A stretch of DNA of 64,000 bases. It comes from Thermoanaerobaculia bacterium. GTDB taxonomy: Bacteria > Acidobacteriota > Thermoanaerobaculia > Multivoradales > Multivoraceae. Position numbers and translations under genes: made by a program. Below, piece by piece: positions 1-10,536 of the stretch (positions are counted from its first letter, which is position 1; each line of letters starts with the position of its first letter). The notes under the pieces are model-generated. The model worked only from the letters and a program-made list of their open reading frames with translations. It did not search any database and was not told the origin of the DNA. Where the stretch lies: assembly GCA_963664405.1 (NCBI GenBank), contig OY761158.1:1760001-1824000 (forward strand). The letters are read 5' to 3'.

Positions 1-891
1 CGCCTGGCTGGCCCGCAAGTCTCGTTCACGGTTGTGCTCAGAGACTCGGCCGGAATCACCGTCGGGGACCGGGTTCGGCTGGCGGGCGTCAATGTAGGGA
101 GAATTCGGGATATCGAGCTGCACCCAGAAGAGGCTTGGCCGGTAGTCATGAAATTTTCGGTAGATAAGGAGTATCCGCTGCGAAAGGACGCGAGCGCCAC
201 GATCGCGACCTCGGGGCTGATGGGCGCGAGCTTCCTGCAGATCCTCCCGGGCTCTCCAGATGCCCCTCCGTTGGAGCCGGGAGGAACGATCCGAGCTCAG
301 CCCAGCTACGGACTCGAAGGCACGTTGGCGCAGGTCGAGGAGATCTCGACCAAGCTCTCGCAGATTCTCGACCAGACCTCTCGCTTGATCGATCAAGTAG
401 CGACCGATATCGGCCCGGTGCTCACTCAGCTCGGAGAGCTCCTCTCCACCGACAATGTCGATCAGATCAGCGCCATCCTGCTCCGCGTTCGCACCACTGT
501 CGATGAGGTGTCACCACGCATAGAGCCACTCCTGGCGCGGATCGAGTCACTCACTCTCACTGTCGAAGGCGGTGTGGAGAGTCTGCCGGAGCTGAGTAAA
601 AGAGTCGCCGACCTGGTCGCAGACCTGGAGAGCGCTCTCGGCCCCGACGGGGAGCGGCTGAAAGATCTGCTCGAAGGAGCTCAGACAACACTTGGCTCAG
701 CCGACGAGTCGCTGTCGGTAATTCGAGACAATCGTGCCGGTATCGAGCGAACGATGCGCGGTCTGGAGGAGACAGTGGCCAACCTCAGAGCCTTCTCGGA
801 ACAGATCAAGCAACAGCCCTCGAGCCTCATCCGCAGCTCGTCGCCGCGGGAGCGCCGTCCTGGAGACGCGGCCGGGGAGCGTGGCCGATGA
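1..891 (+). CDS. MlaD/MCE family protein (5'-truncated by window edge)
   Basis: Frame open from base 1; MCE signature (SAGITVGDRVRLAGVNVGRI...ATSGLMGASFLQI) followed by a helical region. Confidence 0.85.
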   Translation, partial: RLAGPQVSFTVVLRDSAGITVGDRVRLAGVNVGRIRDIELHPEEAWPVVMKFSVDKEYPLRKDASATIATSGLMGASFLQILPGSPDAPPLEPGGTIRAQPSYGLEGTLAQVEEISTKLSQILDQTSRLIDQVATDIGPVLTQLGELLSTDNVDQISAILLRVRTTVDEVSPRIEPLLARIESLTLTVEGGVESLPELSKRVADLVADLESALGPDGERLKDLLEGAQTTLGSADESLSVIRDNRAGIERTMRGLEETVANLRAFSEQIKQQPSSLIRSSSPRERRPGDAAGERGR

Positions 892-1517
892 GCCTGCGCT
901 CGGCTCTAGCCCAGGCAGCGGCCGTTCTCCTCCTTGTCGCCGGTTGCGCCAAGCGGCCGCCTACGCACTTCTACATTCTGGAGCTGAGGGCTGCAGCAGC
1001 CGAAAGCCAGGACCGCAGCGCGGCGGCAGCTGCACCGGGCTTGGATATCGGAGTTCGAATTTTCCAAGTGGAGCCGCCCTATGACGAAGACAACATCGTC
1101 TATCGGATCGGCGAAAGTTCTCTCGAGATCGGCTTCTACACCTATCACCGCTGGGCTGCGCCGCTCTCGAGGATGCTGCCTGGAGTGATTGCAGACGGAC
1201 TGGCCGGCGCCGAGGGAGTGCGCACCATCGAGCCCGTCCTAGCGGGCCGAGAGTACTCAGCGTATCTCGAAGGCCGCCTGCGAAGCCTCGAGGAGATCGA
1301 CCAGCCCAGCCAGCAACTCGTGCGCATCGTCGCCGACCTACGATTGGTCACCGCCGATGGTAGCGAGATCTGGTCGCACGCGCTGCAGGCAGAAGGCACG
1401 ACCCAGACCGACGAAGTGGCCGCCATCGTCCAGAAGATGAACTCGGTCCTCAGCGAGTCGATCGCCTTGGCGCGACCGAAGTTGGTCGAGGCCCTCGCCC
1501 AGACCCAGCTGCACTGA
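888..1517 (+). CDS. PqiC-like ABC transport auxiliary lipoprotein
   Basis: Lipobox LLVAGC; 'YHRWAAPLSRML' motif; ATGA overlap with the MCE gene. Confidence 0.8.
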   Translation: MSLRSALAQAAAVLLLVAGCAKRPPTHFYILELRAAAAESQDRSAAAAAPGLDIGVRIFQVEPPYDEDNIVYRIGESSLEIGFYTYHRWAAPLSRMLPGVIADGLAGAEGVRTIEPVLAGREYSAYLEGRLRSLEEIDQPSQQLVRIVADLRLVTADGSEIWSHALQAEGTTQTDEVAAIVQKMNSVLSESIALARPKLVEALAQTQLH

Positions 1518-1569
1518 GACGCTTCTCAATACGCCGGTACGACGCCGAGAGAGACGGCCCTCCGGCACG

Positions 1570-2721
1570 ATGGCATGGGGTACGACTCGCCGACACGCTC
1601 GGCGCAGTCGGTCACGACCGGCCGTCATGCGATCAGCCAAGATCAAGGCCCTGTCTACGATGCCGTCTGCGACTACGCAGCATCGTAGCGAGGCTCGCGC
1701 CGGCGTCTCTGCAGACTCTCGATTGTTCGCGGCCTTCTCGCTGCTCAACGCAGTCGGCTACGATCGAGCGGACTCGCCAAGCTACCTCGGCGTGCGCCGG
1801 CGGATCAGGCTCGCCGTTGTGCCAACGAGAGCGCGCTGGCGCGAAGAGCTCAGAAGGCTGGGACTTCTGGAAGAGGTCTTTGCGGGCAGAGGCGCTGCGG
1901 TCATGGACCTCGCTTCGGTTGTCTCCGGGCCGGACGCCTTCGCCCTGCCTCACCCCCCACCAACCCTCTCTACTACCAGGCAGCAGGGATCCCTAGAGCG
2001 CCTCGCCCGGCTGCCGGCCGTCCTCTCCGAGTTCTGGATCGAGCAGAGGCTCGCGACTCTCTGGGCGGACCTCGAGCCCTCCTACGGGGCGCGCTGCAGG
2101 GATCTCGACAGGTACCTGCCAATGCTGGAGGATCTCGCGGGCCGGATCAGCCCTCTCCCGATCACACTGAAAGTCCTGCCCAACCTGCTCGACGTCGATA
2201 GCAGGGCCTACGGAGTCTCGACACGAGACAAGATGAGCATCATCGTCGGCGGCGAGACCGGCGAAGCCGATCTGGGACAGCTTCTCGCCAAGGAGCTCCT
2301 TCACCGATGGGCTGACGTCGCCGCGCAGGCAGCTATACAGGAGTGGACAGGCCTCGACCCAATGCCTCGATTGGGTGCAATCTACCCGGTGGTCGCCCAG
2401 GACTACCCGGAGGTCATGCTCTGGCTGGCGGAAACTGTCGCGAGGGCCGCGGTCTGTGTATTGTCGGAGACGAAGGGGCTCAGCCTGGTGCCTCGGCTCG
2501 ATGGGCAGGTCGCCCGAGTCAGAAACGCGGGCTTCGTCGGTGTTGCTGACATCTGCGAGCTTCTGGCCTCTCGCCCCCTGTGGACATGGACGGCAGTCTT
2601 CCCCGAAGCTGCGATGCGGGCTCTCGAGAGAACGCAAAAGATCGCTCAGGGGTCACCGAGCGGGCCCTCCGTGCACTCAGGCGTGGTCGCTGGTACCGGC
2701 GGCGACAGCGAGAGCCAGTGA
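1570..2721 (+). CDS. Hypothetical protein, DUF4932/zincin-like with degenerate KExxH motif
   Basis: Long ORF with 'LLNAVGYD', 'LAKELLHRW' and downstream 'ETVARA'; true start uncertain (1570-1659). Confidence 0.5.
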   Translation: MAWGTTRRHARRSRSRPAVMRSAKIKALSTMPSATTQHRSEARAGVSADSRLFAAFSLLNAVGYDRADSPSYLGVRRRIRLAVVPTRARWREELRRLGLLEEVFAGRGAAVMDLASVVSGPDAFALPHPPPTLSTTRQQGSLERLARLPAVLSEFWIEQRLATLWADLEPSYGARCRDLDRYLPMLEDLAGRISPLPITLKVLPNLLDVDSRAYGVSTRDKMSIIVGGETGEADLGQLLAKELLHRWADVAAQAAIQEWTGLDPMPRLGAIYPVVAQDYPEVMLWLAETVARAAVCVLSETKGLSLVPRLDGQVARVRNAGFVGVADICELLASRPLWTWTAVFPEAAMRALERTQKIAQGSPSGPSVHSGVVAGTGGDSESQ

Positions 2722-4110
2722 GGCAATCGCTGCGAAGCTGAGGTAGGCGAGGCGGGCGCCGGCAACGAAGGCCGACGCCGACGCCGCCGAGCCGCTCTCC
2801 TGGATTACCGATAGATCCGCATCCAGTCCGCGTCCGCTCATGACGGCAACGACGATGGAGGCAGCCATAGCGGTTGCGGCCACATTGGCCGTATTGCGGA
2901 CCAAGTTGACAAGAGCACCCGCAACACCGAAGGAGCTCTGCGAGATCGTCGCCATCGCCAGACTCATATTGGGCGCCACCCAGAGACCCATCCCGATGCC
3001 GTTCAGCAGCAGGGTCGGCATGATGACCCACAAACTCGACCCCTCATCGAGAGAAGCCAGTATGAGGACCGCAACGACCACAAGGCTGAGTCCTGGAACG
3101 GTGAACCGCCGCACTCCGAAGCGATCGGAGTAGCGGCCACTGATGGCCCCGAAAACGGCGAAGCCGAGTGCGGCCGGGAAAGTGATCAAGCCCACGCTCG
3201 ACGGCGCGAAGCCCTTGATGTCCTGGAGGTAGAAAGGCATGAGGAAGAAATAGCCCGAGTTCCCCAGGAACCCTAGAAAGCGGGCACTGACCGCCAACGA
3301 GAAACGACGATCGGAAAAGGCTGCCAGGTCGAGCATCGGCGCGCGAGCGGTACTTTCACGCACGAGGAAAGCCACCAGCGCGGCCACCCCGAGCGCGATG
3401 CCCACGAGAATCGGTTTCGATGCCCAACCAAGACTGTTGCCCGAGCTCAGCGCCAGGATCAGGAAAATCAGCGCGGCCGTAGACAGGAAGGCTCCGGCCC
3501 AGTCATAAGGACGAGAGTTGACTCCTCCGACGACTCCGGGCTCTGAGCGCCTCAGAACGGTTGCCGAGCGCCAGAGCGTGGCGAAGGAGCCGGCCGCGAC
3601 CAGAAGGAAGAAGGAACGCCAACCGAAGGCCTCGACCAGGCCCCCAGCGACCACTGGGCCGGTGATCGCGGCCATGCCAACGGTCGCGATAATGAGGCCC
3701 ATCCCTCTCCCTCTCTCCAAGGGTGGAAAGATCTCCGCGACCATCGCCGTGCCGTTCGCCAGCACCATGGCGGAGCCCACGGCAGCCACGACTCGTGCAA
3801 AGAGAAGCAGTCCAAGCCCCGGGGCAAGCCCTGCGCCGAGCGAGCCGACGGCAAAGACCGCCAATCCCGCAAGCAAGCTGGGCCTGCGCCCCCAGGCGTC
3901 GGAGAGGCTGCCCACGGGAAGAAGAGCGGCGCTGATTGTGAGCGCGCCGGAGAGAATAATCCAGGACGCGGCAGCAAGATCCAGATCGAGCTCGGAGGCG
4001 ATCGTCGGGGTCGCGATGCCGATGCCGGAGTAGTCGACTACTCCGAAGAAGATGCCGAGCGCAACTGAAAAGAAGGCCTTCCACTTGTAGGAGGCGTCGC
4101 CGACTGTCAA
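2677..4110 (-). CDS. DHA2 (EmrB/QacA) 14-TM MFS transporter
   Basis: Motif A GSLSDAWGRR, 'ERGRGMG', 'YDWAGA', many TM helices. Confidence 0.9.
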   Translation of the reverse strand: MTVGDASYKWKAFFSVALGIFFGVVDYSGIGIATPTIASELDLDLAAASWIILSGALTISAALLPVGSLSDAWGRRPSLLAGLAVFAVGSLGAGLAPGLGLLLFARVVAAVGSAMVLANGTAMVAEIFPPLERGRGMGLIIATVGMAAITGPVVAGGLVEAFGWRSFFLLVAAGSFATLWRSATVLRRSEPGVVGGVNSRPYDWAGAFLSTAALIFLILALSSGNSLGWASKPILVGIALGVAALVAFLVRESTARAPMLDLAAFSDRRFSLAVSARFLGFLGNSGYFFLMPFYLQDIKGFAPSSVGLITFPAALGFAVFGAISGRYSDRFGVRRFTVPGLSLVVVAVLILASLDEGSSLWVIMPTLLLNGIGMGLWVAPNMSLAMATISQSSFGVAGALVNLVRNTANVAATAMAASIVVAVMSGRGLDADLSVIQESGSAASASAFVAGARLAYLSFAAIASLALAVAAGTSDHA

Positions 4111-5627
4111 CTCTCCGCGACCGCCTCGTCGCTTCCCTGGACGTAGCGCCTACCCTGGTAGCGGGTCGCCGAGAACACGAATGCGATTGAGGTGATCACC
4201 ATCAGCACGGTGAAGAACCAGTAGTACGAAGCGCCTTCGAGCTTGGTGGATCCGTCGTCGTTCTGGATGAAGAAGTTCACACCGCTGGTGAAGAGATTAC
4301 CGAGCGAGACGCCGAGAAAGTAGATGCCCATGATGAACGACTTCATCGCCTTGGGCGCCTGGGTGTAGGCGAACTCGAGCGCGGTGATCGAGACCATTAC
4401 CTCCGCTGTCGTCAGCACGAGATAGGCAAGAAACTGCCAGCCGAGGTTCGGCATCTCTGCCATTGCCTCGCGCACCACCATGGCATCTAATCCGGCATCT
4501 CGCGCCGCCTGCACGGCCTCCGCGAGTCCGGCGCCACTCGCTCCACTCGAGACTCCCAGAGCACCCCACAATCTAGTTGCGGCGGCCGGCGCCAGCGCCT
4601 CGATTTGGGTCTCGATCCATGCCGAGATAGCGAAGGCGACACCGGTCAGAAACAAACCTACGCCGATTTTTCGTAGCGGCGTCACTTTGGTGAACTTGCC
4701 GACCAGAGGGTAGACGAGGTAGGTGAAAGTCGGGATCAGTACCAGAATCAAGAACGGATTGACCGCCTGCACCTGGGACTCGAGCCAGTAAACGCCGCCG
4801 AACTCGCGATCCATCCGCTCCGCCTGCAGCACCCAGGCGCTGCCGGTCTGATCGAAGATCGCCCAGAACATCGGAATGAAGATCAAGAAGATGGGAGCGA
4901 GGTTGGCAACGGCGCGGAGCCCGGCCGGGCTCAGTGTCTCTTCTTTGAAACGCGCCCAACCCGCTGCCGGCACGTGAATGAATTTGTGGCGGCCGAGCCA
5001 GAAGACAAAAGTGGCAAGCGCCATCAGCACACCGGGCAGGCCGAAGGCAGCCCAAGCACCGTAGCGCTGCAACAGCACAGGCGTCAAAAGATTGCTCGCC
5101 ATCGCGCCGACATTGATCGAGAAGTAGAACCAGCCGAAGATCTTGGACACCAGATGTTGGTTTTTGGTCCCGAACTGATCCCCGACATGAGCTGAGACAC
5201 ACGGTTTGATGCCTCCAGCCCCAATGGCAATGAAGAGCAGCCCGGCATACAGCCATGGCGCCATGTCGAAAGCCCCGGTGACCGGTCCCAGGTCCATGAC
5301 TGCGAGACATCCGTGACCGATGCAGTAGCCCAACGACAGAATCAGAATCGTCTTGTACTTGCCCCAGAAGATGTCGGAGATGAGCGACCCGATGATCGGA
5401 AAGAAGTAAGCCGCCGCGGTGAAGAGGTGGTACACGCTCTTCGCCTCTTCGTCGGACATCAACGCCGGCTCGCCGGCCGCGTTCAAGAGCTGCTGGGTCA
5501 TGAAGACGGTGAGGATGCCCTTCATGCCATAGAAGCTGAAGCGCTCGGCGGCCTCGTTGCCGATGATGTAGGGGATGCCTCCCGGGAGCTTCTCCGAGCT
5601 GGTCGGCTGGGTCTCGAAGTTCTTCAT
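4107..5627 (-). CDS. POT/PTR2 proton-dependent oligopeptide transporter
   Basis: ExxERFSFYG motif, GAGGIKPCVS, FYFSINVG. Confidence 0.93.
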   Translation of the reverse strand: MKNFETQPTSSEKLPGGIPYIIGNEAAERFSFYGMKGILTVFMTQQLLNAAGEPALMSDEEAKSVYHLFTAAAYFFPIIGSLISDIFWGKYKTILILSLGYCIGHGCLAVMDLGPVTGAFDMAPWLYAGLLFIAIGAGGIKPCVSAHVGDQFGTKNQHLVSKIFGWFYFSINVGAMASNLLTPVLLQRYGAWAAFGLPGVLMALATFVFWLGRHKFIHVPAAGWARFKEETLSPAGLRAVANLAPIFLIFIPMFWAIFDQTGSAWVLQAERMDREFGGVYWLESQVQAVNPFLILVLIPTFTYLVYPLVGKFTKVTPLRKIGVGLFLTGVAFAISAWIETQIEALAPAAATRLWGALGVSSGASGAGLAEAVQAARDAGLDAMVVREAMAEMPNLGWQFLAYLVLTTAEVMVSITALEFAYTQAPKAMKSFIMGIYFLGVSLGNLFTSGVNFFIQNDDGSTKLEGASYYWFFTVLMVITSIAFVFSATRYQGRRYVQGSDEAVAES

Positions 5628-5651
5628 CTACTGATCCTCTCGACGGCGCGG

Positions 5652-6848
5652 TCAACCTGGCCTCTCTTCCTCGATCGCCTCCGCCAGGCGCACGAAGTCC
5701 TCGACCTTGTTATACACCTGGACGCTGAGCCTCACCCACAGTCGGCCCGTTGCGGCGAACACGGGTACTTCGATCTGATACTTGGTGAGGAGCGCGTCAC
5801 GAAGTGCTTCAGCCTCAGCGTCGGTGGCGTCGAAACCGGCCGGCAAAGGCAGCGAGGTCATGAAGGCGCTCATCTCCTCTGGAGCGACCGGCAGCGTGCC
5901 CCAGCTCCGCGACAGCATCTCGACGCCGTGCCACAGCAGGTCGTGATTGTAGGCACGAAGATCCGCAAAGCCGAGATCCGCGAGGTAGGCGAGCCCGGCT
6001 GGGGCGCTGAGCCAGGCTGAAGGATCGCGAGTACCGGTCCAATCGAACTCCGCGGTGAAGCCCTCGTCGAGGCGCCACGAAACCACGAGTGGATGCAGAT
6101 CGGCTTGCCACCGAGGGTCGGCCCAGAGAATCCCGCAGCTGCGGGGGGCGAAGGCCCATTTGTGAAGATTCGCGACGTAGAAGTCGGCGCCTATCGCCGG
6201 GATGTCGAGAGGCACTTGGCCAGGCGCATGAGCTCCGTCGATGAGTACTTTCACGCCACGGGAGTGGCAGAGAGCGGTCAGCTCCCGCACCGGCAGTACG
6301 ACGCCCGACTCGGAGACGATGTGGTCGAGTACGGCCAGGCGCACTCCTGGCGACAAAGCCTGCTCGACGGCTGCCAGCACCTCCTCGGCTGAGCTCACGG
6401 GAGATGGGAGCGAAGCGACGGCGACCTCACTTCCAGCGCGGCGGCAGGCGTAGCGTACCGCCTGACGCACGCCGCCGTAGGTGGTCTCAGTGATGAGAAC
6501 CGCTCCTCCCTCGCCGAGGTCGAGCGAGCGGAGGATGGAGTTGACGCCGGCAGTGGCATTGTCGACAAAAACCAGATCCTCGCCCCGAGCGCCGACGAAA
6601 GCCGCCACCGATTCAGCAGCGGCACGCAGCTTCCCTCCACTTCCGGAGCCGAGCATGGGGGTGAGCTCACGAAGGAGAAACCTCGACGGTTGGACCTCGA
6701 TCTCACGTCGGATCTCGTACTGAGCTTCGAGCACAGCGCGCGGCGCGACCCCGACGGTGCCATGATTTAGATAGACGGCGTCGGGATCGAGATGCCATTC
6801 GGCCGAGATCGCACGACCAAAGGCATCGTTTTCAGGTGCCCTCGTCAA
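5652..6848 (-). CDS. Class V PLP enzyme (isopenicillin N epimerase/EgtE-like)
   Basis: YLNHGT, DGAHAPG, NLHKW (PLP lysine), GTRDPSA. Confidence 0.85.
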   Translation of the reverse strand: MTRAPENDAFGRAISAEWHLDPDAVYLNHGTVGVAPRAVLEAQYEIRREIEVQPSRFLLRELTPMLGSGSGGKLRAAAESVAAFVGARGEDLVFVDNATAGVNSILRSLDLGEGGAVLITETTYGGVRQAVRYACRRAGSEVAVASLPSPVSSAEEVLAAVEQALSPGVRLAVLDHIVSESGVVLPVRELTALCHSRGVKVLIDGAHAPGQVPLDIPAIGADFYVANLHKWAFAPRSCGILWADPRWQADLHPLVVSWRLDEGFTAEFDWTGTRDPSAWLSAPAGLAYLADLGFADLRAYNHDLLWHGVEMLSRSWGTLPVAPEEMSAFMTSLPLPAGFDATDAEAEALRDALLTKYQIEVPVFAATGRLWVRLSVQVYNKVEDFVRLAEAIEEERPG

Positions 6849-6874
6849 GGCAGCGGGAGCCTACCGCAGTTGCG

Positions 6875-7600
6875 TCAGCGGCGCCCCGTTACGACATACT
6901 GGTTGGGGAGCTCCGACTCCAACTGTGAGGTCTGCAGACCCCCTCCGTGCAGCTCCTCGGCGACGCGCTCGGCGGACAGCCGATGTCGGCGAGGGGGACC
7001 GACCGGGCTGTCTTCTTCGAAGTCGACGACATAAACCCTGCCGTCGGGCTTCAAGGCCCGGCGAAGCTTGGCCGAGTACGCACTGCGATCGCTAATGTGG
7101 TGCCAGGTGTCGACGACCAGAATGCGATCGATGCTCTCGGCGTCGAGCTGCGGGTCGTCGTAGGGCACCAGTCTGGGCTCGACCACACGAAGTCCCTCGT
7201 CTTCTACGCGCCGCTCCAGGTGCTTCACCATATTGGCCTCGACGTCGAGTGCGAGGACTTTCCCGTCGGCGCCGACAGCGGCTGCCAAATAGGGGGCGAA
7301 GAAACCCGTTCCAGCACCGATGTCGACCACCGTCATGCCGGGCTCGATCTCGAGAAGCGAGATGACGTGCTCGGGCTTCTGCCAAGCGCGGCGCTCGGGG
7401 CCTTCGAAGCGCGAGACGAATCGTTCGACGTCACTGAAGTCGTGCTGCATTCCCTGGGCCTGCTCCTGGTCGCTGTGGGCTCCCTGTCCGTGCGCCTCTT
7501 GGGTCCGTGGGTGCTGGGCCGAGAGCGCCAGGGAAGAGGCGACGATCGTGCTCGCCAAGAGTATCCTGGTAGCGAGGCCCATCGCCGGAGACCGGCTCAT
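6875..7600 (-). CDS. Exported class I SAM-dependent methyltransferase
   Basis: VVDIGAGTG motif I; signal peptide; ATGA overlap with the pepF stop at 7597-7600. Confidence 0.85.
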   Translation of the reverse strand: MSRSPAMGLATRILLASTIVASSLALSAQHPRTQEAHGQGAHSDQEQAQGMQHDFSDVERFVSRFEGPERRAWQKPEHVISLLEIEPGMTVVDIGAGTGFFAPYLAAAVGADGKVLALDVEANMVKHLERRVEDEGLRVVEPRLVPYDDPQLDAESIDRILVVDTWHHISDRSAYSAKLRRALKPDGRVYVVDFEEDSPVGPPRRHRLSAERVAEELHGGGLQTSQLESELPNQYVVTGRR

Positions 7601-9498
7601 TGGCGGCACTCCTCCACCAGATCTTCGAAGGCGGCGACTCGGGGCTCCAGGCGAGCTACAGCGTCGCGCCAGAAATCGGGCACTGACAAGTCGACATCAA
7701 GATGCCGGCGTGCGACCTCTTCGGCTGTCATCCGCCCGGTGTCACGCAACAGGGCGACATAGCGAGAGTGGAACTCATCGCCATAGAGCTCACGTCTCAG
7801 ATAGACGCCGGTGCTGAACAGATAGCCGAAGAGATAGGGGAAGTTGTAGAAACTGAGCTCGGAAATGTAGAAATGCAGCTTAGTGGCCCAAAACCAGGGG
7901 TCCGGCTCCGAGAGCGAGTCGCCGTACCAGCGCTCCCACGCTTGGCTCATCAGCGAACCGAGCTCCGCGGGCAGTAGAGGGCGCTCTTCGCGCTTCTGGT
8001 AGAGCTCCTTCTCAAAGCTGAAGCGCGCCGGGATGTTGAGCAGAAAGGATGTGAGTGCCGCCATCTCCTCCCACTGGATGTCGAGCCGCGACTGTCGAGA
8101 CGAAGCTTGCCCAAGGAGTGCGTCTCGTACCGTCGCCTCGCCGAAGGTGCTCGCGGTCTCCGCCAGCGACATACCGTAACGGCGCTGGCAGCGCGGCAAG
8201 TCCCGCATCACCCACGAGTGATAGCCGTGACCCAACTCGTGGGCCAGGGTCATGACGTCAGCGGGTGAGCCGGTGTAGGTCATGTAGACGCGGGGCGTTC
8301 GTGATTTGGCAAAGCCCGTGCAGTACGCGCCGGGTCTCTTATGCGGCGAAACCGTCCCCTCGATCCAGCGCTCGTCAACCATTTTATGAACGAAAGCACC
8401 CATCTCGGCATCGACGCCCGCGAAAGCTTCGGCAATGAGCCCGACTCCGTCGCCGAAGGACATCGGCGCCTCGCCCGAGCCCAAGCGAGGAGCAGGCGCG
8501 CGGTTGTCCCAAGGACCGATGCGGTCTCCGCCGTAGGCACGGCCCATGGCGCGCGCCGCCCGTCTCGCCAGCGACGAGGCCTCTTCGGCGACAGAGATCA
8601 GCGTGTCGAGAGTAGATCGAGAGATACGGTTGTCGTGGACGGGCCCGTCGAGAAAGTGGACCTCTCTCGTGTGCGACCTCTTGCGCACCATCTCCAGGCG
8701 CCAGCCGGCGATCGCGTTGAGTGCGGCAGCACAGGATTCGGCCTGGCTCTCCCAGGCGAGGTTGATGGCGCGCCAAGCGCTCTGCCTTTGCGCCGGATCG
8801 CTCTTCTCCAACAACCCACTCGCCTCGGCTAGCCCCATCGTCCGCGGAGCACCGTCTTCCCCGAGCTCACACTGCAAGGTCCCGGAGATCTGATCGTAAA
8901 GTCGGCCCCAGGCATGAATGCCGTCCTGGGCGAGCCCGCTGACCAGCTTCTCTTCGGCGACACTCAGGCGCTCGTGTCGGCGCTCTCTCGAGTGGCGTGC
9001 GATGAACTCCGAGGGCCTTACGGCGTCATCGGAGAGGTAGAGCTCGAGGACTGCATCCGGGATCAGATCGACAAACTGAGAAAGAGGCTCCGCAAGCTCT
9101 TCGAAGCGCTTCTGGCAAGCCTGCAGGCGGCCCTGTAGAACCTGCGCCTCCTCGTCGTTGGCGTCGACGCTCAAGAGACAGCTGGCGAACTCACTTGGGT
9201 TGCGTACCAAGAGGTCTGCCTTCTCGGCCAACTTGTAGATCGCTCTCGCCGCATCGAGGGTCTCGGCAGCCTCGTCGACAGCGAGGGTCGGCGCCTCGGG
9301 GAGGGCGGCCTCGAGCACCGGGTTCAGAGCCTCGATCTCATCGAGAAGGCGGCTGAGATCGCTGAGATCGCCTTCAATCTCAGCCGAGTCCGCTGCTGGG
9401 TACTCCGAAGACAGATCCCATGGCGGGCCGGCCACCGCAGCCTGGAGCCCGTCCTCGGTCGCGGCCTCTTCGTCTTCACGCTTGGGCGGCACGCTCAT
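7597..9498 (-). CDS. pepF: M3B oligoendopeptidase F
   Basis: HELGH zinc motif, AETAS, KRPGAYC, FYNFPYLFG; start chosen at ATG 9498 behind a GGAGG RBS. Confidence 0.88.
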   Translation of the reverse strand: MSVPPKREDEEAATEDGLQAAVAGPPWDLSSEYPAADSAEIEGDLSDLSRLLDEIEALNPVLEAALPEAPTLAVDEAAETLDAARAIYKLAEKADLLVRNPSEFASCLLSVDANDEEAQVLQGRLQACQKRFEELAEPLSQFVDLIPDAVLELYLSDDAVRPSEFIARHSRERRHERLSVAEEKLVSGLAQDGIHAWGRLYDQISGTLQCELGEDGAPRTMGLAEASGLLEKSDPAQRQSAWRAINLAWESQAESCAAALNAIAGWRLEMVRKRSHTREVHFLDGPVHDNRISRSTLDTLISVAEEASSLARRAARAMGRAYGGDRIGPWDNRAPAPRLGSGEAPMSFGDGVGLIAEAFAGVDAEMGAFVHKMVDERWIEGTVSPHKRPGAYCTGFAKSRTPRVYMTYTGSPADVMTLAHELGHGYHSWVMRDLPRCQRRYGMSLAETASTFGEATVRDALLGQASSRQSRLDIQWEEMAALTSFLLNIPARFSFEKELYQKREERPLLPAELGSLMSQAWERWYGDSLSEPDPWFWATKLHFYISELSFYNFPYLFGYLFSTGVYLRRELYGDEFHSRYVALLRDTGRMTAEEVARRHLDVDLSVPDFWRDAVARLEPRVAAFEDLVEECRQ

Positions 9499-9639
9499 CT
9501 TGAAACAACCCTCCTCCAATTCTCTCGACATCTTACTGGACCCACCCCTCGCAGTCCCCTCGAACATCGGTCCTTCGAAACCTACCCACCTTGTACCTCT
9601 CAGTGCCAGCGAAAGTGCCGTAACTTTCGACATTGCCTC

Positions 9640-9912
9640 GACACACGGTGTCCGATACGTAACTTATGGTATCAAGTTATCGTGATCGCCCCGCAAAAAA
9701 ACGAACCCGTCCGGCAGGATCGTCTGTTTTTTATTCTTTACTCATAACATCTTACGGTCTAATTACGCTCATATAGATAATCTGGTATATCTATTGCGCA
9801 TGAAAACACCATCAAGGTAATGCTCAATGACTTGTCTATTTCGTAACAGACTGCGCTGACATTCACCATGGTCGAACCTGGCAATCCTCGGAAAACACTT
9901 GAAGGGGTCGAA
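9640..9912. promoter_or_regulatory. AT-rich divergent promoter region (pepF operon / pilin cluster)
   Basis: Clear drop in GC between divergent operons; contains ATAGAT-N10-ATCTAT inverted repeat near 9773-9794. Confidence 0.5.
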
Positions 9913-10536
9913 ATGAAAGACACAGGGCGTAACAGCGGTTTCACTCTTTTTGAGCTCCTCGCAACCTTCGCCATATTGGCGCTGGCGAGCTCGCTCGCTC
10001 TTCCCGGGCTTCTGAACTTCATCCATCGCTCCAAGCTTGAAGGCGCCGCGAGGCAGGCGGTGTCGATGATGCAGATCTCGCGGCTGGAGGCCATCAAGCG
10101 AGGCGTTCCGGCCGTCGTCATCGTCGATCCGGTCCAGGGCGAGCTCGTCGCTTTCGCCGACGTTGACGGCGCCAGCACGACGGACCCTCCGGACGGCATC
10201 TTCAACCCCGTCTCCGGTGAGCCGCTGCGTCTCACTGACTACGAGCTTGGCCGCTTCCGTCTGCCGAACGGCATCGCCCTCGGCGACCCGGATGGGAACG
10301 AAGGAATAGCCGCAGTCGCAGGCTTCATGAACGCTGCCCCGTTACCGCAAAAGCGAGCCGTATTCCGTATGGACGGCTCGGCCGAAGACGATGGCGCTTT
10401 CCGTTTCCGTGACCTCAGGGGGAACTTCCTCGAGGCACGCCTGGTAGCCCCGACCACAGCCCGTCTCGAGGTGCGCAAGTGGGACGGGAGCGACTGGAGA
10501 GCAGCGGGCGAAGAGGGTGCTTGGGTATGGCAGTGA
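9913..10536 (+). CDS. FimT/GspH-like minor pilin
   Basis: Prepilin motif G|FTLFE with hydrophobic helix; 'SRLEAIKRG'. Confidence 0.85.
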   Translation: MKDTGRNSGFTLFELLATFAILALASSLALPGLLNFIHRSKLEGAARQAVSMMQISRLEAIKRGVPAVVIVDPVQGELVAFADVDGASTTDPPDGIFNPVSGEPLRLTDYELGRFRLPNGIALGDPDGNEGIAAVAGFMNAAPLPQKRAVFRMDGSAEDDGAFRFRDLRGNFLEARLVAPTTARLEVRKWDGSDWRAAGEEGAWVWQ

